DNA from: Balanoglossus misakiensis
Lineage: Eukaryota; Animalia; Hemichordata
Assembly (NCBI GenBank): GCA_040954595.2
Contig: CM082579.2
Coordinates: 11,967,834-12,031,833, forward strand
Direction: 5' to 3'
Length of the DNA: 64,000 bases
In this document: positions 1 to 24,900 of the stretch, in pieces
How positions within the stretch are numbered: the stretch's first letter is position 1
Layout: each line of letters starts with the position of its first letter
Made by a program: the position numbers and the translations under genes
Notes under the pieces: model-generated
What the model saw: the letters and a program-made list of their open reading frames with translations, nothing else
The model's database searches: none
What the model was told of the DNA's origin: nothing

Positions 1-214
1 AGGGTATCTAAAATGTCTATATTCTTCAGTGCATTCATCTGTATCGGCTAATATGACTACAGTACGTTTGAAAATAAAATTCACGATAATTTCCCAAAAG
101 TTACAGCTCATGCAGCTTTAAAGACTGTTCCCAAATTGTCAAAATAAACTCACCCAATGACGGTACACTGCATACAGCAGGCAGTAAAGCGCCTAGAACA
201 ACTAGAATCATCAT
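1..214 (-). CDS. 5' end of a secreted or membrane protein gene (leader exon 214-154; exon 2 begins at 7 and runs off the window)
   Basis: GGCACCATG start, hydrophobic leader MMILVVLGALLPAVCSVPSL, phase-1 donor G|GTGAGT at 154/153, acceptor cattttag at 9/8, TATA box upstream. Confidence 0.7.
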
Positions 215-286
215 GGTGCCGGTCAAATGAAGGTGTCGTTCCCTCTCGCCACTGTATGAATCCGTATACCACCACGCCTTCACTAC

Positions 287-293
287 TTTTATA
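287..293 (-). promoter_or_regulatory. TATA box of the left-edge gene
   Basis: GGGCTATAAAAG on the minus strand ~75 nt upstream of the ATG at 214, with a TCA initiator-like sequence ~30 nt downstream. Confidence 0.55.
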
Positions 294-3200
294 GCCCACT
301 GGTGACCTTGTGTGCATAAGGTTAACGTTCTCTCAAGTACCTAGCCCACTAGACGATTGGCGTATGCTATGTGCTTTTCTGTCTGTACTTTATGTCACCT
401 ATATGTCTCAATAAAATTTTACTAATTTAGTTCTCAGTCACAATTCTTATCTTTCACTACGTTTCGAATGTTTGCTTTCGCTGGACTTTAGTTACTTCTC
501 GCCAACGCGACCCAACTGCCCTACGCGATCACACCGATCTGAACACTCAAACCATGCTTAGATCTATTAACAAACGTTGCTAAATATAATCCGACATAAG
601 AACAGTCCATATAGACAGGTCTATAAGCTTATCTATTCCTAAAACCGTTGAACAGTACAATGCAATTTACAATCTAAATATATTGATATCAGATAAACAG
701 CTTAACACCTGTTTTTTTTTCAGTAACGTAACCTGATAGATAACATCCATTTTATACTACATTGTGGTTTTATACACTATAAATCGAGCGGGGCTACCTG
801 GTGTATATGTTCAACTCTCTGTTGCTCTGAAAGCTGATTAAATTATGTATACATAGGCGTCTAGTGATCTTTCATGACATTTGGTGTCAATCCCTGAATA
901 TAAATACAATTCGATGTAATTACATTACGTACTCCCACATCTCTCTCCACTCACCCGCACCCTGTCCCCTCTCCTGCTCTCCCTCCTCTACCCCCCCCCC
1001 CTTTCATCAGTCGCTGCAGACATTTAGGATACACAAGTATAATCAACAAATTTTGAGTGATTTGTTGGGTCACTTCACAGGCTAATGGGCAAGCCGGTAC
1101 CATATGTGCAACTTCAGTCGTTTGCAGACAAACTCACTTTTGTGTTATGATATGAAATCAACCTGTATTTTTCTGAGTTCAAACCTAGATCCGCTGCGCC
1201 AATATGCGTAACAAGCAGGTCCGTGCATTTGTCACTGATATGCCTGACTGTTCCATTTCTGAAGGACTCTGAAATTAATGGCAGGGGAAGTGGATTCTAC
1301 TGTTCGACAGATCATTCACAGGCCTTGAAAGCCAAACGGTTAACCTTGATCACTTCAAACATGTCTTTCTTTCAAAAATCATTGAAAACCCAATATCCAC
1401 AAAGTGCATACTGTCAGTATCAGCTATTGGTTCCCTGTCAATCGCGGGCGAGAGTTTATTAACCTTTCTTTTCAGAGTACATTTACATAATGATGTGATA
1501 TGCTCCTCTTGACCGAGGTTACTAGTGGCATCAAAAGGGGGTATTGCCAGCGAAGATGCAGAGGAGCCAATCGGAAGGACACGCGTCACATTTAACGTAC
1601 ACCTAAGGTGGCCGAACTAGAACTACGGTTGAACAAAATACTGAACAAATAGACCAGATTGGCAGAGAGATGGACTTTAGCATGTACGGTGTTTGAGGTC
1701 TGATGAAAGATTGACACAATAATTAACTATCTTCAACTTCCAGTGCAAGTTCAGGTTGGAGTAAAAAAAATTTCAATATTAACGGAGTGTCACAGTATGT
1801 TTGCTCAGCTTTTATTTCTGGTAAATTTAATGAAATCATCATCCATTGAAGGATGTCCGCACAGAATATAAACCGGAAAACTGCGCGCACGCGTCTTTTC
1901 CTCATAGGATTACATTGATAATCGCTAGAAAACAAACTTCTACTATTGTCATTTCACCAATAGCTCAGTCCAGCTAATATAAATTCATTGGTCAAATAAA
2001 ATCGTGAGGTCACTGTGCTCTATTTTGAGAAAAAATTCGTTAAATATTTGCCCATGGACAAACCATTGGTGAAAAATGCTGAGTCAGCAGTTTACCTCTG
2101 TTATCGGCTAAATTCATGGCTCTGTATTTCAAAAACAGTCTAGGCCCTGTCTCTGTGATGCAGGTATTAGCAAAGATCGGGCAGTTTGCTGTATTCGACT
2201 TGTGACCATAACCATTGAATTCGAATAGGTACGCGTATTAATCGACAATATTTTCTACAATTTGCTTTTCTTCGGTACACTAATTTACACTAATTTACAC
2301 TAATTTACTAATCACACTATTTTCTCTATAGCTTTCATAAGTTAAGAAAACAACTCTTGCTGTCGAAATCTGAAGAAAATATTGTAAATTTATTGATTTT
2401 AGTTTGCAAATGGAGTATACATAAATACTGGCTAAGTGAAACCAGAGCGCCTTTAATGGTGCTGGTAAAATACGAGTTTAAATTTGAGGTACAAGGTATA
2501 CAAGGAAATATGCAATAATTCAGAAAGTGTAAGGATTTTTGAAGCTATTATATCTATGATGTGAGTTTTCAGTTGTTGTTTTTTCTTTTTCTTTTTTTTG
2601 ATTTGTTGATGTAACACTGAAAGTTTATTTTTTAAATAAAAAATAAAAACAACTCTTGCATGAAAACGACCCAGACGATTTCATTTTCGAAAACATTTCA
2701 TATTTTTTTCTACCTGATGACATTTTAAATTAAAAATTGACAGGTCAGGTGCATGACTACACATTAGACCTGACCACAGTGTCTAGTTTGAAAAGTGCAG
2801 GTGCAGTGGGTTCTCTAGATCTAGGGTGACAAAAATCAGCATGAAGAGGAAGAAGAACTCAAGCAATACCAATAGAGAAAAGGGGGCCCAAGAACCCAAA
2901 TGCTTGAATCAGAACAAATAGACATTTGACTGTGTGTAACTCCATGACAAAATCATGCAATCAGTTTTACGGGCCCCTTGTGATCATTTACATTAGTAAT
3001 GAGGCGACATTGTGAGGTGGAATTAGGCTTAATCACACTATGTCCATGATCACAGATTCTCGAAACAATGCATAATCGCTGTTTGTGGCTGTCGCAGATA
3101 GAGGTGTATAGCGGAGACCGGCATGGTGTGGGTCTGGTAGCTACACAGGCCGCCACTGTCTATGACGTACATGTATACCACCAATTCACTATATGTGGCT

Positions 3201-4458
3201 CGACTAGCGGGTACATCGAACAGCCTATCCAATAAAGAGGAAGCAAACGGTTTCTTGGTCCTGCTCTTGAAATTTACCCCTTTACCACTGCGTAAAATAA
3301 GGAGAAACGGTCGCTTTTAAATAGTAAAATGAAATGGTTAAGAAAATAGCAGATACATACATGTACCAAATAAGGTTGAGCCGTATGTTGAGTGTGAAGT
3401 TCTCCCTCATGCAACGGAACTATACGAACCCTTCGTTTAAGATTTTAGCGCCAGTATGTTCCTGACAAGTGAAACCAGTTAGTTGTCAGTCTGTTTGCTG
3501 AATTACCGTTCGGTACTCTTAAGTAGAGCCCTCCCAAAGCACTTATCTGTTATCAGACCGTTTCGCACGTTTTAAAACTTGTTATTCAGACGTTTCGCTG
3601 AATAATCATCAGAACTTATAAATATATGCCTTTATCATATAGAATTGATGCAATTAACCAAAAAATAAAGATTTTTAGCATAATTACTTTTCCACTTTTA
3701 CACGTGGAGAATTTCCCCCTAAAATGGTGTAAATTGCTAAAAATGACATTCTCTTAGCTATCTAGAATTGTAACATTATATTCAGGAGCGGAAACGTTTA
3801 AACATACTTTTTATAGAAAATATGGCCGAGCGCAGAATATAAAATCAAAGCGATAGCAATCGCCAAATAAATGTATCCATTGTTTTGTATTTTTTATGGG
3901 GGGCGGGGAGGGCAAAAGACATTAATTAGTGTAACTTTACTGCTTTTCCATTTCAAATTCACCACCGAGGGCGCAACAGTCCCTTCAAAACCAAGCGTAA
4001 ACAGCTAGTCCATTCCAAAATGTATTTTTGTTAATAGTATATTTTTTCTTGTTCAAAAGAACAGGAAAATATCCATGTTGGAGGGTTCTGTGTTGCACGG
4101 TAGCCCGTTCCAGTCCACTAACTATCCCACTTTCAGGTCAATGTGTCCCCTCGAAAACTATCATAAAATCATAAAGCTGTGATGGAACAGAATAGAACGT
4201 ATACTCGACACGTATGTAGAGGTCGCTTTGACACGGAACTGTGAAAGCCCAATGAGCTGCAACTTAGGGGATAATTATCATGAAATTTATTTTCATAGTG
4301 TACTCACATATTAGCCTATAAAGATGTATGCCTGAAGTATATACAAGTATTATAAATCCTGAGTTTAACTGCACATTGTTTAATCTCGTAAATCATAATA
4401 CACTCCGTATACACAAATTATATTTCAAACTAGCTTTATCTGAACATAAACCGTCGTA

Positions 4459-4536
4459 TGAGAGAGAGAGACAAACAAAGAGAGAGAGAGACAGAGCCAG
4501 AGAGAAAGAAAGTAGGAAAGACAGACAAGATACATT

Positions 4537-4574
<38 letters not shown>

Positions 4575-4575
4575 T
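4459..4575. repeat. (GA)n/(GACA)n compound microsatellite
   Basis: Directly visible runs; related purine tracts recur at ~5690-5780 and ~7860-7960. Confidence 0.9.
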
Positions 4576-4589
4576 TGAATTTCCTTTGC

Positions 4590-7500
4590 TAAGCTGTGAG
4601 GGCAATATAAATGGAATGTTGGCAAGGTATGCAGTAATTAATTGACAGAAAATGCCGTTCGGTTATCGAGAAAATAAGGGTTGAGTAAGAGACATATTAA
4701 TATTTAACATTTTTCACCAATATCATACAAACACAATGGTGGTTGGCTGTAAGTTCAAACAAAGTGCTTGTCTCGAAACCAGGTTAAATCAATAAACATA
4801 GTAAGGTATAGGAAATGAGGGCGTAACTAGCTTAGATTATTTTATCTGTCATGTTGTTCTTTTCCTGCCAAACATGTCCGTATTGCTGTTTAAAAAGATT
4901 AATACAAGGCAATGTTGCTATAGGGATTATCTTATCACAAATACAAATGAGATGTTTGTCGGCACATTGTTATCTTGTTTCGTTGAACTTTGATCGTATC
5001 CATCGTGCGAAAACAATTCTAGTATCGTACGAGGTGTGCTCATGGGTCACGTGGTTTTGGTGTAACTCTATGACTTGTCGAATCGCATACTAGACGACAA
5101 TGATTTCAATGCACTGTAATCTATAGAATCTTCGCATAATTTCTTTAGTAAAAAGTTTGTTGCTTATTTTTACAGCTGACTTACTTAATAAAATAGTTCG
5201 TTTTGCTGTTACGTTACTTCAACAGACAGTTTTATTTTTCTAAAATATACGTAACACAACAGCGCAGGGAAAATGAATAACTAATTGAATATTTGTAAAA
5301 AGCATTCGTAGATAAATGATGGAGTCACAATCAAAGTAGTTATTTCATTCGAAGCAAAACCCCAAACAAAACTGCAGACAATTTGAACACACCACGGCAG
5401 TGTTGTTAAACGGAATAAATGCTGTAGACGTAAAATGAGAAATTTGCATAAACACTTTGAAATTATTTAAGAAATGTCATTTATTAATATAAGGTGCACA
5501 GAAGTGTCGCGACAACCGGATCAAATTGCATTATAGTGGATAGTTTTCTAATGATGCACTTTACTTGTGGTAGGGAAACATTGTAAGACTATCTTCGTGT
5601 ACATTGCAGATATGAACTAGTTACAATGACCAAGGTACAGTTTGTACGAGATAAAAACGAAAATAGAGGTACAGCCATTTTAGAGCGAGGGGAGAGAGGG
5701 TGAGGGGCAGACAAAGTAGGATCGAGGAACAGAGAGAGAGAGAGAGAGAGAGGAGGGAGGGAGGGACAGACAGACACACCCAACGCACAAACAGAAATAC
5801 AAACGCATGTTTATTGTTAAAATGTATTATTTGAGGGCAGTGCATATGGAATGTTGGTAAGATTATGGCTGTACAGATTCAATTGACAGAAACCATCGTC
5901 CGTTGGTCAAGAAAATAAGGTTTGGGCGAAGAGAAATATTAACATTTAACATTTATCACCAATATCATACAAGGACAATGGTGGCTAGCTGCCAGGTTAA
6001 ACACAGTGCTTGTCTGAAACCAGGTTAAATCAGTAATTGTAGTAAGGTATAGAAATTGACGGTGTATCACTGTCGAACGTAAATTATTTTATCTGTCATT
6101 TTGTTGATTTCTTGCCAAGCATGTCCGTATTGCTGTTTAAAAGGCAAGGCAATGTTGCTATAGGGATTATCTTATCACAAATACAAATGAGATGTTTGTC
6201 GGCACATTGTTATCTTGTTTCGTTGAACTTTGATCGTATCCACTGTGCAAAAACAATTCTAGTATCGTACGAGGTGGGCTTATGGGTCACGTGGTTTTGG
6301 TGTAACTCGATGACTTGTCGAATCGCATACTAGACGACAATGATTTCAATGCACTGTAATCTATAGAATCTTCGCATAATTTCTTTTGTAAAATGTTTGT
6401 TGCTTAATTTGACAGCTGACTTACTTTAATAAAATAGTTCGTTTTGCTTTTATGTTACTTCAACAGAGAGTTTTATTTCTCAAATATATACGTAACATAA
6501 CAACACAGGGAAAATGAATAAATTATTGAATATTTGTAAAAAAACTATTCGGAGATAAATGATGGAGTCATTGTATTCGAAGCAAAACCCAAAACAAAAC
6601 TGCAATTGAGCTATATTTTTTCCAACGGCCTAGTCATGAGCATCACTACAATTCTTTACTATCAATCACGTGATCTGGCCATGTTACACACGGCGTTGTC
6701 ATTTTCAGATGACGGGCAAGCAATATTTCGGCATCCAGTAAAAGTTATTCCGAGTATGTTTTCCCTTTAGAACCGCCAAACACGTAACATATATCAGTTA
6801 TGGTGCCTCATCAGGCTCATTGAATTTCGTCTGAGCGCATCTGATTTCATTTGATATCGAAGAATAGTAAGACATTCAAATGTACAGTTACTTCGAAAGC
6901 ATTAAGTCTTTACGAAATGTTCACTAAAGGGAGAGTTGTCAATACAGTCGAGAGATACTGGTAAAACTAAACATAAGCTTAATTTGAAACGGGCTTAAGT
7001 TTAACGAACTGCGTCAACTTTGAGTGACCCCCAATCTCAGACTGGGTCCGTGCAGTCGCTTATCTTTCCGCCATTGTTATATCTGAGGCACTTAGAACAG
7101 TACTAAGGGGTGGATTTAAACAACTGACGTATCAGAAGTGAACATTGTACGGCAACATGTGACGTCGATTACTTATTTTCGAACAATGCAGGGAAATCCC
7201 CTTGGAAATGTTAATGAATGATTGCATCTTCGGAGCCAGGTTTCTTACACATTTCTACAAATTATGGCGACAAAGCAAAGTACTACGTTTTGGTTATTCA
7301 AGATTAAAAAAAAGATTAATTCTGATAATATTCCATGTTTTAATTTGTAGAGACATACAGATTTATTCCGATGCCTTCATGACAAACCATGTGGAAACTA
7401 ATATAGGCCAAATAATCTAATAACAGAAAGGGGTTAATAAATGAACCAGCACTTATGTGTGACATAAATATTAAATTGTAATTAACAAGAAGGCTGTATT

Positions 7501-8761
7501 AATCTCGGATTATGGTCAACTATTCTTTAGATGTGACATCGAGAGCAGACAACTTGAACACATTATAGCAGTGTTGTTAAACGGACTAATTGTTGTAGAC
7601 GTAAAAATAGAAATTTGCATAAACACTTTGAAATTATTTTAGAAATGTCATTTATTAATATAAGGTGCAAAGAAGTGTCGTGACAACCGGATCAAATTAC
7701 ATTATAGTGGATAGTTTTCTAATGATGCACTTTACTTGTGGTAGGGAAACATTGTAAGACTATCTTCGTGTACATTGCAGATATGCACTAGTTAGAATGA
7801 CGGCACGTACCAAGGTACAGTTTGTACTAGATAAAAACGAAAATAGAGGTACAGCCATTTTAGAGAGAGGGGAGAGAGGGGGAGGGACAGACAAAGTAGG
7901 ATCGAGGGACAGGGAGAGAGAAAGGAGGGAGGGAGGGACAGACAGACAGACACACCCAACACACGAACAGGTAGACAGACGCATGTTTATTGTTAAAACG
8001 TATTATTTGAGGGCAGTGCACATGGAATGTTGGTAAGATTATCGCTGTACAGATTAAATTGACAGAAACCACCGACCGTTGGTCAAGAAAATAGAGTTTG
8101 GGCAAAGAGATACATTAATATTTAACATTTATAACCAATATCATACATAGACAATGGTGGCTAGCTGCCAGGTTAAACACATGCTTGTCTGAAACCAGGT
8201 TAAATCAGTAATCGTAGTAAGGTATAGAAAATTAGGGCGTATCACCGTCGAACGTAAATTATTTTATCTGTCATGTTGTTGTTTTTTGCGTAGCATGTCA
8301 GTAATACAATGCAATGTCGCCAGGGGTTATCTTATCACATGAGACGTTTGTGGGCACATTTTCATCTTGTTTCGTTGAACTTTGATCGTATCCATCTTGC
8401 GAAAACAATTCTAGTATCGTACGAGGAGTGCTCATGGGTCACGTGGTTTTGGTGAAACTCGATGACATGTCAAATCGCATACTAGACGACAATGATTTCA
8501 ATGCCCGTAATCAATAGAATCTTCGCATAATTTCTTTTGTAAAATGTTTGTTGCTTAATTTTACAGCTGACTTACTTTAATAAAATAGTTCGTTTTGCTT
8601 TTACGTCACTTCAACAGACAGTTTTATTTCTCAAATACATACGTAACACAACAGCGCTGGGAAAATGAATAAATTGTTGAATATTTGTAAAAACAATTCG
8701 GAGATAAATGATGGAATCACAATCAAAGTGGTTATTTTATTCGAAGCAAAACCGCAAAACT
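4590..8761. repeat. Local triplication of a ~1.23-kb non-coding unit (partial copy ~4590-5373; copies 5374-6604 and 7545-8761; unique spacer 6605-7544)
   Basis: Near-identical blocks, e.g. ctatcttcgtgtacattgcagatatg at 5589/7760 and gggtcacgtggttttggtg at ~5044/6284/8435. Confidence 0.9.
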
Positions 8762-9030
8762 AAAAAGGAGTTACTAATTAAAAATAAACATATCACAAAG
8801 ATGAATTAGGTGTGTGCTCATAAATTGGTATACTGTTTTGTTGGCTCATAAGTTCTTTGCTTTTTGAACTTTGGTCGCATATATTGTGCCTACTAAAAAC
8901 TGCCAGAATAATGAATTGATAATCTGATATCGCACGAAATATGCCCACGGTTCAAGTGGTTGGTGTAGATAATACTACCAAAGAAATATAGCCAGACAAA
9001 GACAAATATAAACGGATTGTTCTATTTTAA

Positions 9031-9376
9031 AGGGACAAAGTCTCTCTCCAGCTGCCCCTTTTTCATTAATTATGTTTGATACAAGACACTGGTTATGCTA
9101 ATGTAAATGTGGATATATAGTGAATCAATGATCAACCACACAAAACTTCCATCCCACTTGTATGATATGAGAGTAAAAACTCGCCCCAAATGAATAAATG
9201 GTAAATAACGATTATTCATTTTGGCGAGTTTTTTCACTCTCCTGTCTATAAGAGGGATGGAAGTTGTGTGTGGTTGAACGTTTATTCACTATATATCCAC
9301 ATGTAGAATAACAAACGGTGTCTTGTATCAAACATAATTAATTGGAAAAGGGCAGCAAGAGAGAGACTTTGTCCCT
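9031..9376. mobile_element. Palindromic MITE with TTAA target duplication (Kolobok-like AG...CT ends)
   Basis: TTAA|AGGGACAAAGTCTCTCT...AGAGAGACTTTGTCCCT|TTAA; the arms pair over almost the whole length; further copies at 54489, 58036 and 62237. Confidence 0.85.
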
Positions 9377-9890
9377 TTAATGTTAGTACGCAGCACGCCC
9401 CACGTTAAAATTGAGGCATATTCATTTCTGAGAAAAAAAATCATCGGAAACACATAAACCTCAAATTAATTTTCAAATGAGAAATTCTCCTCTAAATAAA
9501 ACACAAATGGCAACAACATATGATATAAATCGGTACGATATATACACATCAGTTGTGCAGGCATACCGCTGTTAATTTCTCACACCCAGAAAAGGATGTG
9601 GTCTTAGCTGCAGAGTCGCACAACCGGCATACCATAAACCACGGTCAGTCTTACGGGGAGCTGCCTGAACATTTATCATGCTCGGATTTCCTCAGCTTTT
9701 CGTCGATGGTGATTTCCTGACGTATCTGGTAATTTTTCACGCATCTAGCCAATGGTGGGTAAATAACCTTTTACGGAGAATGCGCCTCGCAACAGGACTA
9801 GCATCTGACCTCCCCAGCATTGGGGTTGGAATGGGGATGGCTTGAATCTAGCATACTATAGTTACTTAATATTACTTCAGTTTTCTTCAT

Positions 9891-20223
<10,333 letters not shown>

Positions 20224-21930
20224 CGTTAGAAATAAACAATACAAGAACCTGCGTCTTTTTTCGAGCGTCAAGTCGCATAAAGACTGGTCGCACAGGAACG
20301 TGTTGTCTTGAGTTGACGTCCGAAATAAATTATCACCTGGCAGAGGTAATTTATGGCCATTGTTGTGAGAAAGACCAAGCGTAGTCTTTACCGGCGAATT
20401 TCCCCATGCTGCTGGCGAAACCACGCGGCCAGTTTCGCCTTAGGGGCAGATCACCAGTTAACTCTAGTATGCCAGGTACCTCGTTTAAAAGCGATCGATG
20501 GGTCAAATTGTCCTGTCTAAATCGCAAAAATAGTAAAAACAACCAGAAGAAGACGAACATGGTTCTGTATAAGGTAAAAGGTTGACAAGACGACGTAGGC
20601 CATGACTGTGCTACGTCTGTCACAATCATCATGATTAGTTTTGCCCGGCCATGGACCTAGATGTGAACCCAGTAAGAGAGTGTGACAGGTGTGTCTACAC
20701 TTTAGTTGGTGCATAACAATACAGACGTGCCTGTGTTGTCAGCAGGGCTGACGGGACAGACCTGCTGCATGTCTGACAGGACAGACCCGTCGCAGGTCTG
20801 TGGCCATATCGCTGCACATGACCTGTTGGTCAGACATGCACCGCACATGCACTAGACCTGGTGAACTTTAGTTGTGAAGTATATTCCACCGGTCATCGAA
20901 ATATTAAAAAAGTGGAAACACGTCACAGCAAATTTGTTTGAGAAAAGACAGTATTTTTTTGAAGTACACACTAATTTACTATTGTCTTCTGTCGCCACTA
21001 TATTTTGTGTTGCTGCAGAAACACGGATTCCCGTGTTCATGTAATAGATCATCCATACTTCTTTTGGAATAATAGGAATTTTTAGTAGACAGGAAATAAG
21101 TTTTCTAGAAAGATTTTGTTTTCAATCTGGTATATGGTTTATTGAAGACTCGTTTGAGAAAAGTAAACCAATCCCATTTCATTCGTTGATTTGTCAATCT
21201 ATCGCAAATACCTCTATACATCGTCTGCAGTGGGATTGCTATCAGCAAAACTAAAATATACAACCAAACACATAAAAATGATTACCCCATTTGTCTTTTT
21301 TTCATTACGATAATAAAAATATCACAACTAATAAGATAACTGCCAAACTGATTTATAAGTATCTAATAGGCCATAAGATCCAGAACCAACTGCATTGTGT
21401 AAGTTCTCTCAAAAGTACGACAATTATATTGATCGATGGAGTATTTTTTTACTTATTACTAGGAAAAGGTTTTGAAAAAACATAAAAAACAGACTTTTAA
21501 TTTAAAATATTAAATAATGTTGTTCGTAATAACTTAATATGACATGTTCAAGGCAAACGTGATAGTAATGATTGTACTATTTGTGAGCTTTTTGTGGAAA
21601 AGACAGATCATGCATTAATGTGACAGGATTTTAAAGTCCACAAAGAAAAACGATACAAAACAGAAGAAAGAACCACATACAACAGACTACAAAATCGACA
21701 AAAAAGCTGAGTTGCAACAACATTTCACTACCTTTCAAATGGACGGTAAGTTAAATTGAGCCATAGATCGTATTAAGGGCATCATTATAATTACTCTAAT
21801 CATGGTCTCTGGCACGAACGTTGACTTTCTGTGGTGTGGTTTTCAATGCACATTTTCTTGTTCATAAAATCGACAATTTTATTGAACTTTAGCGTTACTT
21901 TTTTTCAAATTATGCATTCTATGCAAAACT

Positions 21931-24900
21931 TCACAGTGATAAAAAGGCAAACGCTTTTACATAGTAAGCCAAATATACCACTGCGACAATCTGACGAATA
22001 ATGTTATGTCTTCTTATTCCAATTGTCCCCGATTTTGTTGAGGTCCCGTCGACGTCGGTTTGGGTATCAGGACTTATGAAATCTGTAGAAAAACAATAAA
22101 ACAAAATTAACAGAAATGTTTGCAAAAATGATGTCAACCAACGTTGTGTTCTAACAAGATGTAGCCCTACCAATGGTGACTACCCACAAATACAAATGCA
22201 CACCCCTCCACACACACGGTGCAGATATCTAAGTTGTATATTCAAAGTTAATATTTAGGGTTTCGAGACCAGAGGGTCTCGAAACCCTCTTGAAATCGTG
22301 TTGCTTTTTATTAGGGCCCAAGCGCATGTAGCGCTTGGGCCCCATTGGAATTACTGGGGTTTTTCTTCAACTGTCTTCTTCTTCTGTCGTTTTTTTTGTG
22401 AGCTAGATCTTGAAAACGGCTGAACCTACAAATCTCAAACTTTGCACAGTGGTGCAGGCCTTTGAGAGCTATATCTGTACCCTTGTGAATGTTTAATTAG
22501 TAACCTGACCTGATGACCATATATGGACAAAATTTTCAAATCGGCCTAATTTGCATATGAATGGAGATATCAAAATTCTGTTAAGATACTTGTTGGACCA
22601 TATGGCCAGGATTATACATTTGTACATGCCAAATGTCGACCGATCTTTTTATATTATTTTTTTTATTAAATTTATACCTTTACTTATACCTCTATGGTTA
22701 AGCTATGTCCATGTCTTATTGTGGAATTCTGGTCTGTGCAATAGTCCTGTGCAGTGACTGTCTATTGGTCAGTGAGCACAATGGGACGAAAATAAAAGGC
22801 AAAATTTTGGGCTCACCTGTAACACCTGCTTAACTCATTAATTATGTGCATACCTAATTCCGGGCTAACTAATAGGCCCAGAGGTTTTGTTCTTGTGGGA
22901 CATGGACCAGTATGGGGTCAAAATTTCTTGCCCAAATTTTGGGTGACCTCAGGTGACCTTTGACCTACTTTACCATATCTCGGCATCGAGAGCAGGTACA
23001 GACTTGGCGCTTGCAGGGTTGGGACTAAAATTGAAAAGCCAAAATGGGTGTCACCTGTGACACCTGCATATCTCATTAATGATGTGCATACCTACTTCCA
23101 GGCTAACAAATAGAACTATAGGTTTGGTTTTTGTTGAACATGGACCAGTATAGGGTCAAAATTTCTTACCCAAATGTTGCATGACCTCAAGTGACCTTTG
23201 ACCTACTTTAACATAGCTTGGCATCCAGAGCAGGTACAGAATTGGCGTTTGGAGGGTTGGGACTAAAATTGAAAAGCCAAAATTGGGGGTCACCTGTGAC
23301 ACCTGCATATCTCATTAATGATGTGCATACCTACTTCCAGGCTAACAAATAGAACTATAGGTTTGGTTTTTGTTGAACATGGGCCAGTATAGGGTTAAAA
23401 TTTCTTGCCCAAATTTTGGGTGACCTTGGTTGACCTTTGACCTACTTTCGCATATCTCGGCATCCAGAGCAGGTACAGCTTAGGTGTTTGGACAGATGGG
23501 ACCAGAATGAAGAGCCACATTTTGGGGTAACCTGTGACAACTGCTTAACTCATTAATTATTTGCATACCTGATTCCAGGCAAACCAATAGGGCTACAGGT
23601 CTGTTTTTTGACATGGACCAGTATGGGGTCAATTTTTTGCCCAAATTTTGGGTGACCTTGGGAGACCTTTGACCTACTTTCGCATAACTCGGCATCAAGA
23701 GCAGGTAGAGCGGTAGCGTTAGGAGGGTTTGGACCTTAATGAAAAGCTAAATATTGGGGTCACCTGTGACACCTGCCTAACTATGTGCATAACTAATTCC
23801 AGGGGAACCAATAGGGATAGAGGTGTGGTTTTTGTTGGACATGGACCAGTATATTTAGGGTGACCTCACGTGAATTTTGACCTACTTTCCCACATCTGTG
23901 CATCCACATCACATACACACTTGGCATTTGGAGTGATACAACAACTTATGCAGTCCTAAAGCCTGCCTAATTAAATATACACATATCTATCTCCAGGCGA
24001 ACCAATAGGGCTAGTAGTGTCTCGAAACCCGCCTATTGCTGTTCACAGCTATATTATAATTTAACATTATTGTAGTTCCTGTTGTTACCATGTCTTTCAT
24101 TTAAATTAAATAATTTAATTACACTAAAAAGTAATAACCAATTTTAGGATTATGAACAGTACCATTTTCTTCGTTTATCATAAATATTCATCTAACTTGG
24201 TTATAGTTCACGAAAGTGGGCACTCCTGCTCGGCGATGCAAATCATTTGGTTCCACAACTGCGTGTCAATTGCCCGTTTAGAAAATAATTGCCATCCATA
24301 CATATCAAATGATTTGTGCATTTATGTTCCTGTTGGTATGGACTCATTCCGATACATTGTATCATTAGGTTGTCATCTGAAACATGATTAGGCAGCACAT
24401 GTGACAAACTGTGTTTACAATTAGGAGCATTGTCGTTTTCCTGCACTGTACAGTATGTAACAACAACCATTTGTATTCTTGCACTTCAATATCACGCTTC
24501 AAGTCATTTTACATATGTGGTCTGTAACAATTATGTCAAGTTATGTACTTACCAGAATCTGAAATGATATATTTGTTACTTTCTAAAGTCTCACAGGAAC
24601 AGTTTACTACACAGTAGTACTCTCCAGTCTGCCCCCGCTGTATATGTAATGTTTGTGGTTTCCCTTTGACCTGTCAAGTAATGGGAAATGGAAGAAACCG
24701 ATATGTTCTTGGTGAAAATCAGACTAACTGTGAAAACACAGTTATCTGGTTTGTGGGCCAACTCCTAACGAAAACGGGTCATTACAGCGACCCAACAGCG
24801 TAACATTTGAACGGCAAAAGAAAACAAAGTGAGTGTAAATAAATAAAACGACCTATAGCTGCATGTACTTTGATTATTGCTAGTTCTCAAACTCCTTTTG

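Noticed and set aside
7191-7200. Perfect NF-kB-like site GGGAAATCCC (and a near match at ~20395-20405)
   Set aside because: A 10-mer expected by chance in 64 kb; lies within a probable insert with no supporting context.
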